A stretch of 64,000 nt of DNA from an uncultured Acidobacteriaceae bacterium (GCA_963745105.1 CAVUWQ010000022.1:99366-163365), one strand, 5' to 3'. Counted from the first letter of the stretch, positions 42,003 through 51,691 are shown. Numbers and translations are program-made. Notes: generated from the sequence alone by a model not told the origin.

Positions 42003-43178
42003 ATGTCGACGCATTCTGAAAATTCGGGCTCGGGGAGTTCCGCTGGCGTCGCCGTCTCTCCCACCACGCCGCTCGAAATCCGGCAGGCCGCCGAGTTGGA
42101 GACGGTCTATCGTACCGCCCCCATCGGCCTCGCGCTCTTCGACCCCGTCGAGTTTCGCTACCTCAGGGCCAATGACCGGCAGGCGGAGTTCTTCTCCTGC
42201 ACCCCCGAAGAGCTCATCGGCAAGACGGTTACGGAGATGGCGCCCATCCCCGGTGTGCGCGAGCTCTTCGAGTCCGTGGCCGCAGGGAACCCGGTCATCA
42301 ACTATCCCCTGGAAGGCGAGCTGGTCGGCCGCCCCGGCGAATACCGCTACTGGCTGGTGAACTACAATCCGGTCTACGCCGCCGATGGCACCATTCAGGC
42401 CATCAGCGCCGCCTCCGTCGAAATCACCCGCGAAAAGAAGGCCGAGATCGCTCTCATCGAAAACGAGCGCATGGCCATGATCGGCCGGCTGGCCTCCTCC
42501 ATCTCCCACGAGATCAACAACCCGCTCGAAGCCGTCACCAACCTTCTTTATCTCATCAGGCTGGATGCCAAGCTCACCCCGGAGACCCGCTCCTACGTCG
42601 AGCTGGCGCAGCAGGAGCTGGCCCGCATCGCGCAGATCGCGACCCAGTCCCTCCGCTTCCAGCGCCGCTCCGGAGAACGCAGCCCTGTCGACTGCTCCAC
42701 CCTCGTCGACCCGGTTTTGCAGCTCTTCGAGCGCAAGCTGCTCGATGCCCGCATCGCCGTCATCAGGGAATATCGCTGCACCCAGCCGGTCGTCTGCGTC
42801 GAGAATGAGATCAAACAGGTGCTGAGCAACCTGATCGAGAATGCCATGGATGCCATGCAGAACGGCGGCACGCTGCGCATCCGTCTCCGCGACACTGTCT
42901 CCGCGCGCACCGGCCAGCCAGGAGTTCGAATCTCCGTCGCCGATACCGGCCACGGCATCCCCCGCCAGGTCAGGGCCCACATCTTCGATCCCTTCTTCAC
43001 CACCAAGGCTATGGAAGGCAACGGCCTCGGGCTCTGGATATCGGCCGGCATCGTGGAGCGCCACCACGGCACATTCTCGATGCGCAGCTCTCAGCTCCAG
43101 CGTTCGCGCGGCACCGTCTTCTCCGTCTTCCTCCCCGCGGAAGATACCCTCAAGCCTCAGTTCGCCTGGCAAGCTTGA
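42003..43178 (+). CDS. PAS-domain sensor histidine kinase (no adjacent response regulator)
   Basis: The ATG at 42003 (MSTHSENSG...) is preferred. PAS region (YRTAPIGLALFDP...), H-box LASSISHEINNPLEAV, N-box LSNLIENAMDAM, G-boxes DTGHGIP and GNGLGLW. Confidence 0.85.
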   Translation: MSTHSENSGSGSSAGVAVSPTTPLEIRQAAELETVYRTAPIGLALFDPVEFRYLRANDRQAEFFSCTPEELIGKTVTEMAPIPGVRELFESVAAGNPVINYPLEGELVGRPGEYRYWLVNYNPVYAADGTIQAISAASVEITREKKAEIALIENERMAMIGRLASSISHEINNPLEAVTNLLYLIRLDAKLTPETRSYVELAQQELARIAQIATQSLRFQRRSGERSPVDCSTLVDPVLQLFERKLLDARIAVIREYRCTQPVVCVENEIKQVLSNLIENAMDAMQNGGTLRIRLRDTVSARTGQPGVRISVADTGHGIPRQVRAHIFDPFFTTKAMEGNGLGLWISAGIVERHHGTFSMRSSQLQRSRGTVFSVFLPAEDTLKPQFAWQA

Positions 43179-43236
43179 GGAAGCCCGCGGCTCGCAGGCT
43201 AGAGAATCTCTACCCACCTGCGCACATCCAATCCCC

Positions 43237-44232
43237 ATGTATCTTCAGCCAGCGCGGCGCGATGGCCGCCGCTTCCTCAATCCAGTCCCCACTAGCGTCG
43301 GTGGCTTCTCCACCATCTTCAAGGTAGGTCCCCGCTTCTTCACGGAAGCCAAGGCCCGCTCGCCGCAGGTGCCGCTGGGTCCATTCCAAACCGACGCCAC
43401 GATATACGCCACGCCGCCACAATCCGGACTGCGCATCACCTGGATGGGACACTCCACATCGATTGTTGAAATAGACGGCATCCGCATCCTCATCGACCCG
43501 GTATGGGATGAGCGCGCCTCGCCCACCACCTGGTCCGGCCCCAAACGCTTCTTCGCCCCGCCTCTGGCATTGAGCGATCTCCCCGGCCTCGACGCCATCA
43601 TCATCTCCCACGACCACTACGATCACCTCGGAGCCGAAACCATACGCGCCCTTGCGCGCCACTCCGCGGCCACCAAAGCGCAATGGATCACCCCGCTCGG
43701 CGTAGGAGCCCTCCTCCAGCAATGGGGAGTGCCCGCCGCGCAATGCCGCGAGCTCAACTGGATGGACTCTGCGCAGATAGCCGGTCTCCGCATCACCGCC
43801 CTGCCCGCGCGCCACTTCTCCGGACGCAGCCTCTTCAACCGCTTCGAAACCCTGTGGGCATCCTTCGCACTAATTGGTCCGCAGCACCGCGTCTACTACG
43901 GAGCCGACTCCGGCGAGTGGCCCGGTTTTGAAGACATCGGCCGGCAGTTCGGCCCCTTCGATCTTTCCATGTTCGAGATCGGAGCCTCCGATCCGCTGTG
44001 GGCCGATGTTCACATGGGCCCCGAAGGCGCAGTGCGCAGCTTTCATGCGCTGGGAGGTCAAGGCCTGCTCATGCCCATCCACTGGGGACTCTTCGATCTC
44101 GCCCTCCACCACTGGAAGCAGCCCATCGAACAGATCTGGCCGGTTGAGAACCTGAAGCTCTGGTCGCCAACCCCAGGCGTTCCCTCCGAAGTCGTCGCCA
44201 ACCAGGAACTGCGCTCGGAGTGGTGGCGCTGA
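43237..44232 (+). CDS. MBL-fold metallo-hydrolase (NAPE-PLD-like)
   Basis: The real start is the ATG at 43237 (MYLQPARRDGRRFLNP...). ITWMGHSTSIVEIDGIRILIDPVW and IIISHDHYDHLG (HxHxDH). The upstream part of track ORF 42841..44232 overlaps the kinase gene out of frame. Confidence 0.8.
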   Translation: MYLQPARRDGRRFLNPVPTSVGGFSTIFKVGPRFFTEAKARSPQVPLGPFQTDATIYATPPQSGLRITWMGHSTSIVEIDGIRILIDPVWDERASPTTWSGPKRFFAPPLALSDLPGLDAIIISHDHYDHLGAETIRALARHSAATKAQWITPLGVGALLQQWGVPAAQCRELNWMDSAQIAGLRITALPARHFSGRSLFNRFETLWASFALIGPQHRVYYGADSGEWPGFEDIGRQFGPFDLSMFEIGASDPLWADVHMGPEGAVRSFHALGGQGLLMPIHWGLFDLALHHWKQPIEQIWPVENLKLWSPTPGVPSEVVANQELRSEWWR

Positions 44233-44296
44233 GAGTGCAAGCAACTGACCGCCGCCGGCCTTTCGCCGCTGCAACAGGCAACTACATGGAAAGAGA

Positions 44297-44330
44297 AAAG
44301 GCCTGGGAGGTATCCCAGGCCTTTCCGTTT
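44297..44330. terminator. hairpin terminator between convergent genes
   Basis: ggcctggga-ggta-tcccaggcc (44300-44321), flanked by aaa on the left and tttccgttt on the right. Confidence 0.6.
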
Positions 44331-44342
44331 GCGGGTTGATGG

Positions 44343-45542
44343 TTATCGCTCAGGCTTCTTCTCCGGCTTTGGTTGAGGTGCAGGTTTGTTCTGTGGATGC
44401 GGAGCGGGATGCGCCGCAGCAGCTGGATGGCTCTGCGGGGCAGGTCTGCTCACCGGAGCGGCTGGCCTGCTTTGTTGTGCTGGCCGTGCCTCAGGAGCTG
44501 GTCTTGCCGCAGGTGTTGCGGGGCGTGCCGCCGGCGCTGGACGAGCCGCCGGTGCGGCAGGCTTCGCTTCAGGAGCCGGTCTTGCCGCAGGACGGCTTTC
44601 CGGCGCAGGTCTTGTCTCGGCTGTGGGCCGTGCTGCAGGTGTTGCGGGACGTGCTGCCGGAGCAGGCCGCGCAGCTGGCGTCGCAGCAGGTCTCGCCGCT
44701 GCAGCCGGTCGAGCCGCCGGAGCGGGTCGGTTTGCCGGAGCAGCCGCCGCAGGCTTAGGCAGTGATCCCGGAGTTACGCGCTCGAACGCCGCAGGCTTCG
44801 CGCCCCGCGCCGCAACAGCATGGTTGAAGTCCGCCGTTGAAGTCGCCGGTCTCGCCAGTGCCACATGCGCCGGCGCGCCATGATTGACCGTTGCATAGTT
44901 GGCGCGGTCCTGGCGGGCAAAGCTCACTTGCCGCACCTGCGCTTGGGTCGGCTCTACATGCCGTTCGTTCGCGTAGCTGCGTTCCTGCGGTGTAGGCTGC
45001 GCGGCAACGCCGTTAGGACCGCCATTGAAGCTGGCGCGGTTGTTCACGATCGTCGTGTTGTTGATGTAGGTGTTGTTCACGTAGGTGTTGTGAATCACCG
45101 TCGTGTTCACGTTCACCACCGCGGTGTTGTAAGCGAACACGCCGCCGCGCCACTCGCCGCCGCCGAATCCGACTCCGCCATATCCGAAGCCGTAATTCAC
45201 GCCGCCGTAGAAGCCCACATGCGGACCCCAGTATCCGGCGTGCCATGCATAAACTCCGCCATCTCCCCAGCCCCAGTATCCCGGCGTCCACAGCAGGCCC
45301 GGCTGCGGAGCCTCAACCCACGTACCTGGAACCCAGAAGTATCCTCCATCACCGTCGTACGCCCAGTATCCCGGCGTCCAGATGTAGTTAGGTTCCGGAC
45401 AAACCGGCTGAACATATACCGGCAGCGCCGGCGGAGCGATGGTAATAGAGATCCCAATTGAAAATTGAGCGAAGGAAGCGCTTGGCAGCGCACCCACAAT
45501 AGCGACAAACATCAGACTGCGGAACCATCGAACAAGACTCAT
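44343..45542 (-). CDS. secreted YXWGXW-repeat protein with Pro/Ala-rich C-terminal tail
   Basis: ATG at 45542 (MSLVRWFRSLMFVAIVGALPSASFAQ). YIWTPGYWAYDGDGGYFWVPGTWV, LLWTPGYWGWGDGGVYAWHAGYWGPHVGFYGG. The last 138 aa are (A/P)ARPAP-type low complexity. Confidence 0.7.
   Translation of the reverse strand: MSLVRWFRSLMFVAIVGALPSASFAQFSIGISITIAPPALPVYVQPVCPEPNYIWTPGYWAYDGDGGYFWVPGTWVEAPQPGLLWTPGYWGWGDGGVYAWHAGYWGPHVGFYGGVNYGFGYGGVGFGGGEWRGGVFAYNTAVVNVNTTVIHNTYVNNTYINNTTIVNNRASFNGGPNGVAAQPTPQERSYANERHVEPTQAQVRQVSFARQDRANYATVNHGAPAHVALARPATSTADFNHAVAARGAKPAAFERVTPGSLPKPAAAAPANRPAPAARPAAAARPAATPAARPAPAARPATPAARPTAETRPAPESRPAARPAPEAKPAAPAARPAPAARPATPAARPAPEARPAQQSRPAAPVSRPAPQSHPAAAAHPAPHPQNKPAPQPKPEKKPER
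44346..44759 (-). repeat. coding low-complexity tandem repeats (PAARPA-type)
   Basis: Reiterated gc(a/c)ggc...cgg units encode ...RPAPAARPATPAARP.... They also generate spurious ORFs on the opposite strand (44336..44883). Confidence 0.7.
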
Positions 45543-45896
45543 ACACTTTCCACTCTGCCGAAAATCCTTCGTTTTCCCTGCGTCCTGCTCTCTAGCGTGG
45601 GCTTCGAGGAAGAACCGGCGAACCATCAGCTTACTGCCTTACCGCCGCCTGCCCGCGTGACTCGCGATAACGATCGCGGCGGTAGAACATGAGCTGAAAC
45701 ACTGTCTAGTCGGAGGATGTTGCGGCAGTGCTGGTTGCTTGCTTGGCGTCGGATTGCGATGCGTAAAGCCTGGAAATGTTTGCCGCGCAACTTTTCTTTC
45801 ATCAACGAAAACTTCTGATGAAGACAACTTCATTCAAGCCTGAGTTTGACCCCGCGCTTATACTTGTTTAGTCTAGGCGTATTCATATAAGGCCTT

Positions 45897-46253
45897 ATGA
45901 CATCAAATAAAGAAACTCCCCGCGACCTCTTTCCCGGTGCACTCGAGATGATGATCCTCGAGTCGCTTCGCCGTCAGCCCGCTCACGGATACGCGCTCGT
46001 CCAGCACATTCAGCAGCGCTCCAACAACCTGCTCCAGGTCGAGGAAGGCTCGCTCTATCCCGCGCTCCAGCGTCTTCTCAAAGAGAAGCTGGTCAAAGCC
46101 GAGTGGGGCATCTCGTCCACCAACCGCCGCGTCCGCACCTACACCATCACCGCTGCCGGCCTGCGCCATCTGGAGCGCGAAATCTCCAGCTTCGAGCGCA
46201 TGTTCGAAGGCATCGCACTGGTTCTCGGGCCCATGAAACAGACCGCAAACTGA
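45897..46253 (+). CDS. PadR-family transcriptional regulator heading the four-permease array
   Basis: 118 aa. GALEMMILESLRRQPAHGYALVQHIQQRSNNLLQVEEGSLYPALQRLLKEKLVKAEW. The stop lies 11 nt before the first permease start. Confidence 0.9.
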   Translation: MTSNKETPRDLFPGALEMMILESLRRQPAHGYALVQHIQQRSNNLLQVEEGSLYPALQRLLKEKLVKAEWGISSTNRRVRTYTITAAGLRHLEREISSFERMFEGIALVLGPMKQTAN

Positions 46254-46264
46254 GGATCACAGGC

Positions 46265-48940
46265 ATGAGCTGGCTATCCAACATCTTCCGCCGCCGCAGC
46301 ATTTACAACGATCTCTCCGAAGAGCTGCGTCAACATTTGGAAGAAAAAACCGATCAGCTCATGCGCGATCAGAACCTCACTCGCACCGAAGCAGAACAGG
46401 CCGCACGCCGCGCCTTCGGCAACGTGACACTCGTAGAACATCGCAGCCGCGAAACATGGCAATGGACGCGCATCGAAAGCCTCGCCGCGGATCTCAAATA
46501 CGCCATAAGGCAGCTGCGCAAGTCCCCGGGATTCGCCATCACCGCCATCCTCACGCTCGCCGTCGGCATCGGTGCGAATACCGCTGTCTTCTCAGTGATG
46601 AACGCCGTGCTGCTGCGTCCGCTCGCCTTCCCCCAACCGGAGCGAATCTTCCAGATGCAGAAGGTAAATTCGGCTGGTGTTAACGACGACACCTCTATCC
46701 CGCTCTTTCTTGAGTGGCGCGATCACAGCCGCATGCTCCGGAGCGTTGCCGCGTACCCCGCGTTGCCCATCGGTTTCAACCTCGCCGAGAAAGGTCATCC
46801 CGAGCGTGTTCCTGGTCTGCGTGTCAGCGCCGACTTCTTCCGCGTGCTGGGCGTCGAGCCGCGCCTCGGACGCAACTTCGCGAGAGGCGAAGATCGCGAA
46901 GGCGCGCAGCGTGTGGTCATCCTGAGTGACAGCCTGTGGCGCCGCCGTTATAGCAGCGATGCGGGTATTGTCGGAAAGTCCATCGCCATCGACGGACAAT
47001 CCTCTACAGTCATCGGAGTTCTACCACATGGCTTTCAGTTTCTCGCCTCCATGCCCGCCTCGGGAGTAGTCGAAATATGGTCGCCGCTGCAGCTCTCTGA
47101 CAGCAGCCGCGACCCAGCCACCACGCTGCAGACCATAGGCCGGCTCAAAGATGGAGTGACCCGCGAGCAGGCAGCGCAGGAGATGACCGCGCTCAGCCGC
47201 CGCAAGGCGCGCGAGATACCTGAACTCTTTCCCGCGGATGGAAACATCAACCTGCTCCCGCTGCAGCAGCGCATCTCCGGAGACACGCGTCCGACACTGC
47301 TTCTGCTATTCGTTGCGGTGAGCATCATCCTGCTTATCGCCTGCGTCAACTTCGCCAACCTGCTGCTGGCGCGCGCCGGCGAGCGTACGCGCGAAATCAG
47401 TGTTCGCGCGGCCCTTGGCGCAACCCGTCTCCGCGTCATAAGGCAGTTGCTCACCGAAAGCGTGCTGCTCTCCGTGGTTGGTGGAGCAGTGGGCATGTTC
47501 GTTGCGGTCGTCATGTGCCGCGTCCTGGTCGCGAGCGCGCCATCGGCTCTGCTGCGCGCAGGAAAGGTATCGATAGACTGGCGCGTGTTGCTCTTCGCTC
47601 TATCTGTTTCACTACTTAGCGGTATCGTCTTCGGCCTCATGCCTGCGTTGCGCCTGGGTGGCGTCGCCCCGGCCGATGCCTTGCGCGAGAGCGGATCGCG
47701 CAGCGCAACCGGAGGCCGCGTCTATCGCCGCGTCTCGAACGCACTGGTCATCGCCGAGACCGCGATGTCCTTGCTGCTGCTGATCACCGCAGGCCTGTTC
47801 ATCGAGAGTTTCGCGAAGCTGCGCGAGGTCAATCCCGGCTTCGACTTTAACCATGCGCTCAGCTTCGAGACCACGCTGCCCGCGGCGAAGTACGGCAATC
47901 CGGCCGTCCTCGATCGCTTCCTGCGCAATGCTTCTGAACGCATACAGGCCATCCCTGGCATCGACAGCGTAGCCGGAGCCAGCAGCCTGCCCACGGAGCC
48001 CACCATCAACATGCCTTTCGCCATCGAAGGCGCCGCGGCTCATGATCAGGTCTCCGGCGAGAGCGATTACATCGCCGCCACTGCGGACTACTTCCGCGCC
48101 ATGCGCATTCCCGTGCTCCAGGGCCGCGCGCTCACGTTGGCCGATAACGTCAGCGAAGCCGGGGTTGTCGTCATCAACCACGCGATGGCGCAGAAGTTCT
48201 GGCCCAATCAGAACCCCATCGGCAAGCGCATCGTCATCGCGGCAAGCCTCGGCCCTGACTGGATCGACCGTCCGCGTCAGATCGTCGGTGTCGTTGGCGA
48301 TGCGAAAGCCGATTCCTTCGAAGAGGATGCGCCGCCCATCATGTATGCGCCCTTCGCGCAGCTCTCGCCGCATTTCGTCTCGGTGCTGCTGAATGCCATC
48401 CCCATTCGCTGGGTCGCGCGCTATCGCAATGCTGCGCCGTCCGACCTCACGCAGCAGATGCGGGCCGCTGTCGAGAGCGCCGACTCCGAAGAGCCCATCG
48501 CGGAAGTCCGTCCTCTCAGCGCCCTGCTCTCTGATGCGCTTCTGCGCTGGCGATTCAATATGCTGCTGCTCGGAGCCTTCGCCACCGTCGCGCTGCTGCT
48601 CGCGGCCATCGGTCTCTACGGCGTCATCTCCTGCACCGTCGGCCAGCGCACCCACGAGATCGGTATCCGCATGGCGCTCGGCGCAGGCCGCGCATCAGTG
48701 TTGCGCATGGTCATGCGGCAGGCCGGGATTCTCATCGTCGCAGGAACACTGATCGGCTTCGCAGGCCTCGTTCTCATGAGCCGCCTGCTCAAAGGATTCA
48801 TCTACGGAGTGAGCCCCGGCAACGCCGGAGTCCTCGTCGCCGTATCCACATTAATGTTTTTTGTCGGAGTCATCGCCGCATGGAAGCCCGCGCACCGCGC
48901 GGCTTCTATCGATCCCATGCAGGCTCTGCGCACCGAATAG
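46265..48940 (+). CDS. ADOP-like duplicated MacB/FtsX permease with N-terminal prefix (array gene 1)
   Basis: ATG at 46265: MSWLSNIFRRRSIYNDLSEELRQHLEEKTDQLMRDQNLTRTEAEQAARRAFGN. 891 aa. Ends ASIDPMQALRTE. The track ORF start 46103 is an out-of-context extension across PadR. Confidence 0.9.
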   Translation: MSWLSNIFRRRSIYNDLSEELRQHLEEKTDQLMRDQNLTRTEAEQAARRAFGNVTLVEHRSRETWQWTRIESLAADLKYAIRQLRKSPGFAITAILTLAVGIGANTAVFSVMNAVLLRPLAFPQPERIFQMQKVNSAGVNDDTSIPLFLEWRDHSRMLRSVAAYPALPIGFNLAEKGHPERVPGLRVSADFFRVLGVEPRLGRNFARGEDREGAQRVVILSDSLWRRRYSSDAGIVGKSIAIDGQSSTVIGVLPHGFQFLASMPASGVVEIWSPLQLSDSSRDPATTLQTIGRLKDGVTREQAAQEMTALSRRKAREIPELFPADGNINLLPLQQRISGDTRPTLLLLFVAVSIILLIACVNFANLLLARAGERTREISVRAALGATRLRVIRQLLTESVLLSVVGGAVGMFVAVVMCRVLVASAPSALLRAGKVSIDWRVLLFALSVSLLSGIVFGLMPALRLGGVAPADALRESGSRSATGGRVYRRVSNALVIAETAMSLLLLITAGLFIESFAKLREVNPGFDFNHALSFETTLPAAKYGNPAVLDRFLRNASERIQAIPGIDSVAGASSLPTEPTINMPFAIEGAAAHDQVSGESDYIAATADYFRAMRIPVLQGRALTLADNVSEAGVVVINHAMAQKFWPNQNPIGKRIVIAASLGPDWIDRPRQIVGVVGDAKADSFEEDAPPIMYAPFAQLSPHFVSVLLNAIPIRWVARYRNAAPSDLTQQMRAAVESADSEEPIAEVRPLSALLSDALLRWRFNMLLLGAFATVALLLAAIGLYGVISCTVGQRTHEIGIRMALGAGRASVLRMVMRQAGILIVAGTLIGFAGLVLMSRLLKGFIYGVSPGNAGVLVAVSTLMFFVGVIAAWKPAHRAASIDPMQALRTE

Positions 48941-48968
48941 ATTTTCGTTCTGGATAGAAAGGTTTCTC

Positions 48969-51641
48969 ATGAGCTGGCTCTCAAACATCTTCCGCCGCCG
49001 CAGCATCTACAACGATCTCTCCGAAGAGCTGCGTCAGCACCTCGACGAAAAAACCGAACAGCTCATGCGCAGCGAAGGCCTGAGTCGCGAGCAAGCCGCA
49101 CTCCGCGCTCGCGTCTCCTTCGGCAATCGCACCGTGATCGAAGAGCGCAGCCGCGAAACCTGGCAGTGGATGCGCATCGAAAACCTGCTGCGCGACGTGA
49201 AGTTCTCCGCGCGCCTGCTCTGGCGCTCACCAGGCTTCACGCTGATCGCGATCCTCACGTTGACCCTCGGCATCGGAGCCAACACCGCCGTCTTCAGCCT
49301 CCTCAACGGACTACTGCTGCGCCCGCTGCCCGTGCCCAACGCGCGCCAACTGGCAGTTCTGCGCATGCAGGCCTCCGGACTTTCTTACGGCTTCTGCTAT
49401 CCGCTATTCCAGGGACTCCAAAAGCGCCACGATCTCTTCACCAACATCTTCGCGTTCGACAGCCACACCTTTCAGTACCACAGCCAGAATGGCGACAAGC
49501 CGGTGGATGGCGCGCTGGTGAGCGGTGAATTCTTCTCCGGCCTCGGCACCAGCCCCGAGCTCGGCCGCACCATCACCGCTGCGGACGACCATAAAGGCAA
49601 TTCTGCGTTTGGAGCTGTCATTAGCGATGGCTTCTGGAGCGCGTACTTGCATCGCGATCCCAAAGTTCTCGGCCGCAAACTCACGCTCGATGGAGTCACC
49701 TTTACGGTCGTCGGTGTCATGCCGCCATCGTTCTATGGCGCCGAAGTCACCGCGCGTCCCGAAATATACGTCCCGCTCAGCGCCGAGCCGCTGGTAGAAA
49801 GCTTCGACATGCTCGATTCGGGCTACCGTGGCTGGTGGCTGAGTGTTGGCGCAACGCGCAAACCCGGCGTCACGCTTGCGCAGGCCAACGCCGCGCTGCA
49901 GGCCGCATCCTCATCGCTGGTCAACGAAGCCATTCCCGATCCCAACTGGTCATCGTTTGAAACAAAGCGCCAGGACATTCGCATCGCCGCCGAAGATGGC
50001 ACCAACGGCTACTCATACCTGCGCGATCAATATAGGAAACCGCTTCTGTTGGTCTTCGGTCTGTGCGTGCTCACGTTGCTGCTGGCCTGCGTGAACCTCG
50101 CCAGCCTGCTGCTCGCCCGCTCCGCTGTGCGTGAGCGCGAAATCGCCACGCGTCTGGCCATCGGCGCTACCCGCGCCCGGCTCATCCAGCAGTTGTTGAT
50201 CGACAGTCTTCTGCTCGCCTTGCTCGGCACCGGGCTTGGCCTCGCGGTCGCGCCTCTCGTCAGCCGCCTGCTCGTGGCCATGCTCACCAGCAGCCGCGAC
50301 AACACCATCTACCTCGATGCCAGCCTCGATTGGCGCGGCGTGCTCTTCGCTGCCTGCGCCGCGATTCTCTCTACCCTGCTCGTAGGTCTGCTTCCCGCGA
50401 TCCAGTCGACGGCCGGCGATCTGATACGCCCCATGAAAGATGGCTCGCGCGGGACACAGCGCCACGCGCACGGAGGTCTTCTCTCGCGCGGCCTGCTCGC
50501 GCTCGAAGTCGCTCTCGCCATGCTGCTCGTTACCGGCTCCGGACTGCTCGGTTCCAGCCTCTATCGCCTCTATCACTCCGGCCTCGGATTCGATGCACAC
50601 AATCTGCTCGAAGTGCCCATCGATCCCGATCACCAATCGCTGCAGGGCGACGCACTGATGCACATGTATGACGACATCTCCGCACGCATCGCCACGCTTC
50701 CTGGCGTCAGAGCCGTCGCCTACGCCAGCATTCCGCCCATCTCAGGACAGATAGGCATGACCAGCATGCACGCACCCGGCGCCGGCGATCAATTCTTGAA
50801 GACCAATAGCGTCAGCCCCGGATATTTCGCAGCCATGCGCACGCCGCGCATCGACGGACGCGACTTCACATTGGCCGATCGTCAGGAATCGAGCACCAAC
50901 ATCCTTATCAATCGTGCTGCCGCGCAGTTGTTCTATCCCTCCGGCCACGCGCTGGGCAAGACGCTTGTGAGCAGCGGAGACAAAAAGAAACAGGTCCGTA
51001 CCATCGCCGGCATCGTTGAAGACGCAAAATACGCCTCGCTGAAAGAACCCGCACCGCCAACGGTGTATATTCCCGCACGCGCCTGGAAGGCGGACGCCAA
51101 ACCCAGCTTCACAGTGATGGTCCGTTACACCGGCACAGTCGGACCGCTGGTCTCCGCCATCCGCAGCCTCATTCACTCCGTCTCTGCCGATATCCCCGAT
51201 CCCGCCTTCTTCTCCATGGAGAAAGCCATCGACGACTCCATATCTGCCGAGCGTGTCATGGCCCTGCTCGCAGTCTTCTTCGGCATCAGCGCGCTTCTCG
51301 TCACTGGCATTGGGCTCTACGGCGTGCTCGCCTATTCGACAGCACGCCGTACCAACGAGATCGGCATCCGCATGGCTCTCGGCGCGGCGCGTGCCCAGAT
51401 GATTCAGTTAGTCTTCCGCGAGAACGCCTGGGTGGCGCTCACCGGCTGCGTCGCCGGGCTGGTCGCTGCGTTCTTCGCCTCGCGTCTGCTTGCCACTTCT
51501 CTCTATGGAATCTCGCCGCATGATCCCTGGGTGCTGGCGACGGCCATGGCCGCGCTCTGCCTCATCGCCGCGGCCGCATCGCTGATTCCCGCGCTGCGCG
51601 CCGCCAGCGTCGATCCCATGGGCGCACTAAGGACCGAGTAG
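48969..51641 (+). CDS. ADOP-like permease (array gene 2)
   Basis: ATG at 48969: MSWLSNIFRRRSIYNDLSEELRQHLDEKTEQLMRSEGLSREQAALRARVSFGN. 890 aa. Ends ASVDPMGALRTE. Confidence 0.9.
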   Translation: MSWLSNIFRRRSIYNDLSEELRQHLDEKTEQLMRSEGLSREQAALRARVSFGNRTVIEERSRETWQWMRIENLLRDVKFSARLLWRSPGFTLIAILTLTLGIGANTAVFSLLNGLLLRPLPVPNARQLAVLRMQASGLSYGFCYPLFQGLQKRHDLFTNIFAFDSHTFQYHSQNGDKPVDGALVSGEFFSGLGTSPELGRTITAADDHKGNSAFGAVISDGFWSAYLHRDPKVLGRKLTLDGVTFTVVGVMPPSFYGAEVTARPEIYVPLSAEPLVESFDMLDSGYRGWWLSVGATRKPGVTLAQANAALQAASSSLVNEAIPDPNWSSFETKRQDIRIAAEDGTNGYSYLRDQYRKPLLLVFGLCVLTLLLACVNLASLLLARSAVREREIATRLAIGATRARLIQQLLIDSLLLALLGTGLGLAVAPLVSRLLVAMLTSSRDNTIYLDASLDWRGVLFAACAAILSTLLVGLLPAIQSTAGDLIRPMKDGSRGTQRHAHGGLLSRGLLALEVALAMLLVTGSGLLGSSLYRLYHSGLGFDAHNLLEVPIDPDHQSLQGDALMHMYDDISARIATLPGVRAVAYASIPPISGQIGMTSMHAPGAGDQFLKTNSVSPGYFAAMRTPRIDGRDFTLADRQESSTNILINRAAAQLFYPSGHALGKTLVSSGDKKKQVRTIAGIVEDAKYASLKEPAPPTVYIPARAWKADAKPSFTVMVRYTGTVGPLVSAIRSLIHSVSADIPDPAFFSMEKAIDDSISAERVMALLAVFFGISALLVTGIGLYGVLAYSTARRTNEIGIRMALGAARAQMIQLVFRENAWVALTGCVAGLVAAFFASRLLATSLYGISPHDPWVLATAMAALCLIAAAASLIPALRAASVDPMGALRTE

Positions 51642-51691
51642 ATATCGGCCTCCGCTCGCCCATCAACTTTGAACCTGTAAGGAACACGATC

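Noticed and set aside
42921-42935. tRNA T-arm-like sequence ggagttcgaatctcc
   Set aside because: It sits inside the histidine kinase coding frame. No acceptor stem, D-arm or anticodon arm can be drawn around it. I found no tRNA in the window.
42841-43236. N-terminal 132 codons of the 463-aa track ORF. Analogous 5' extensions: 46103..46264, 48861..48968, 61209..61532, 41877..42002.
   Set aside because: These extensions overlap the preceding gene in another frame and translate to Pro/Ser/Arg-rich sequence. In each case family homology starts at an internal ATG.
44336-44883. Three overlapping + strand ORFs (130-165 aa) rich in Ala/Gly/Arg/Cys
   Set aside because: They are mirror-image products of the Pro/Ala-rich repeat DNA of the minus-strand YXWGXW gene, which has a signal peptide and recognisable repeats.
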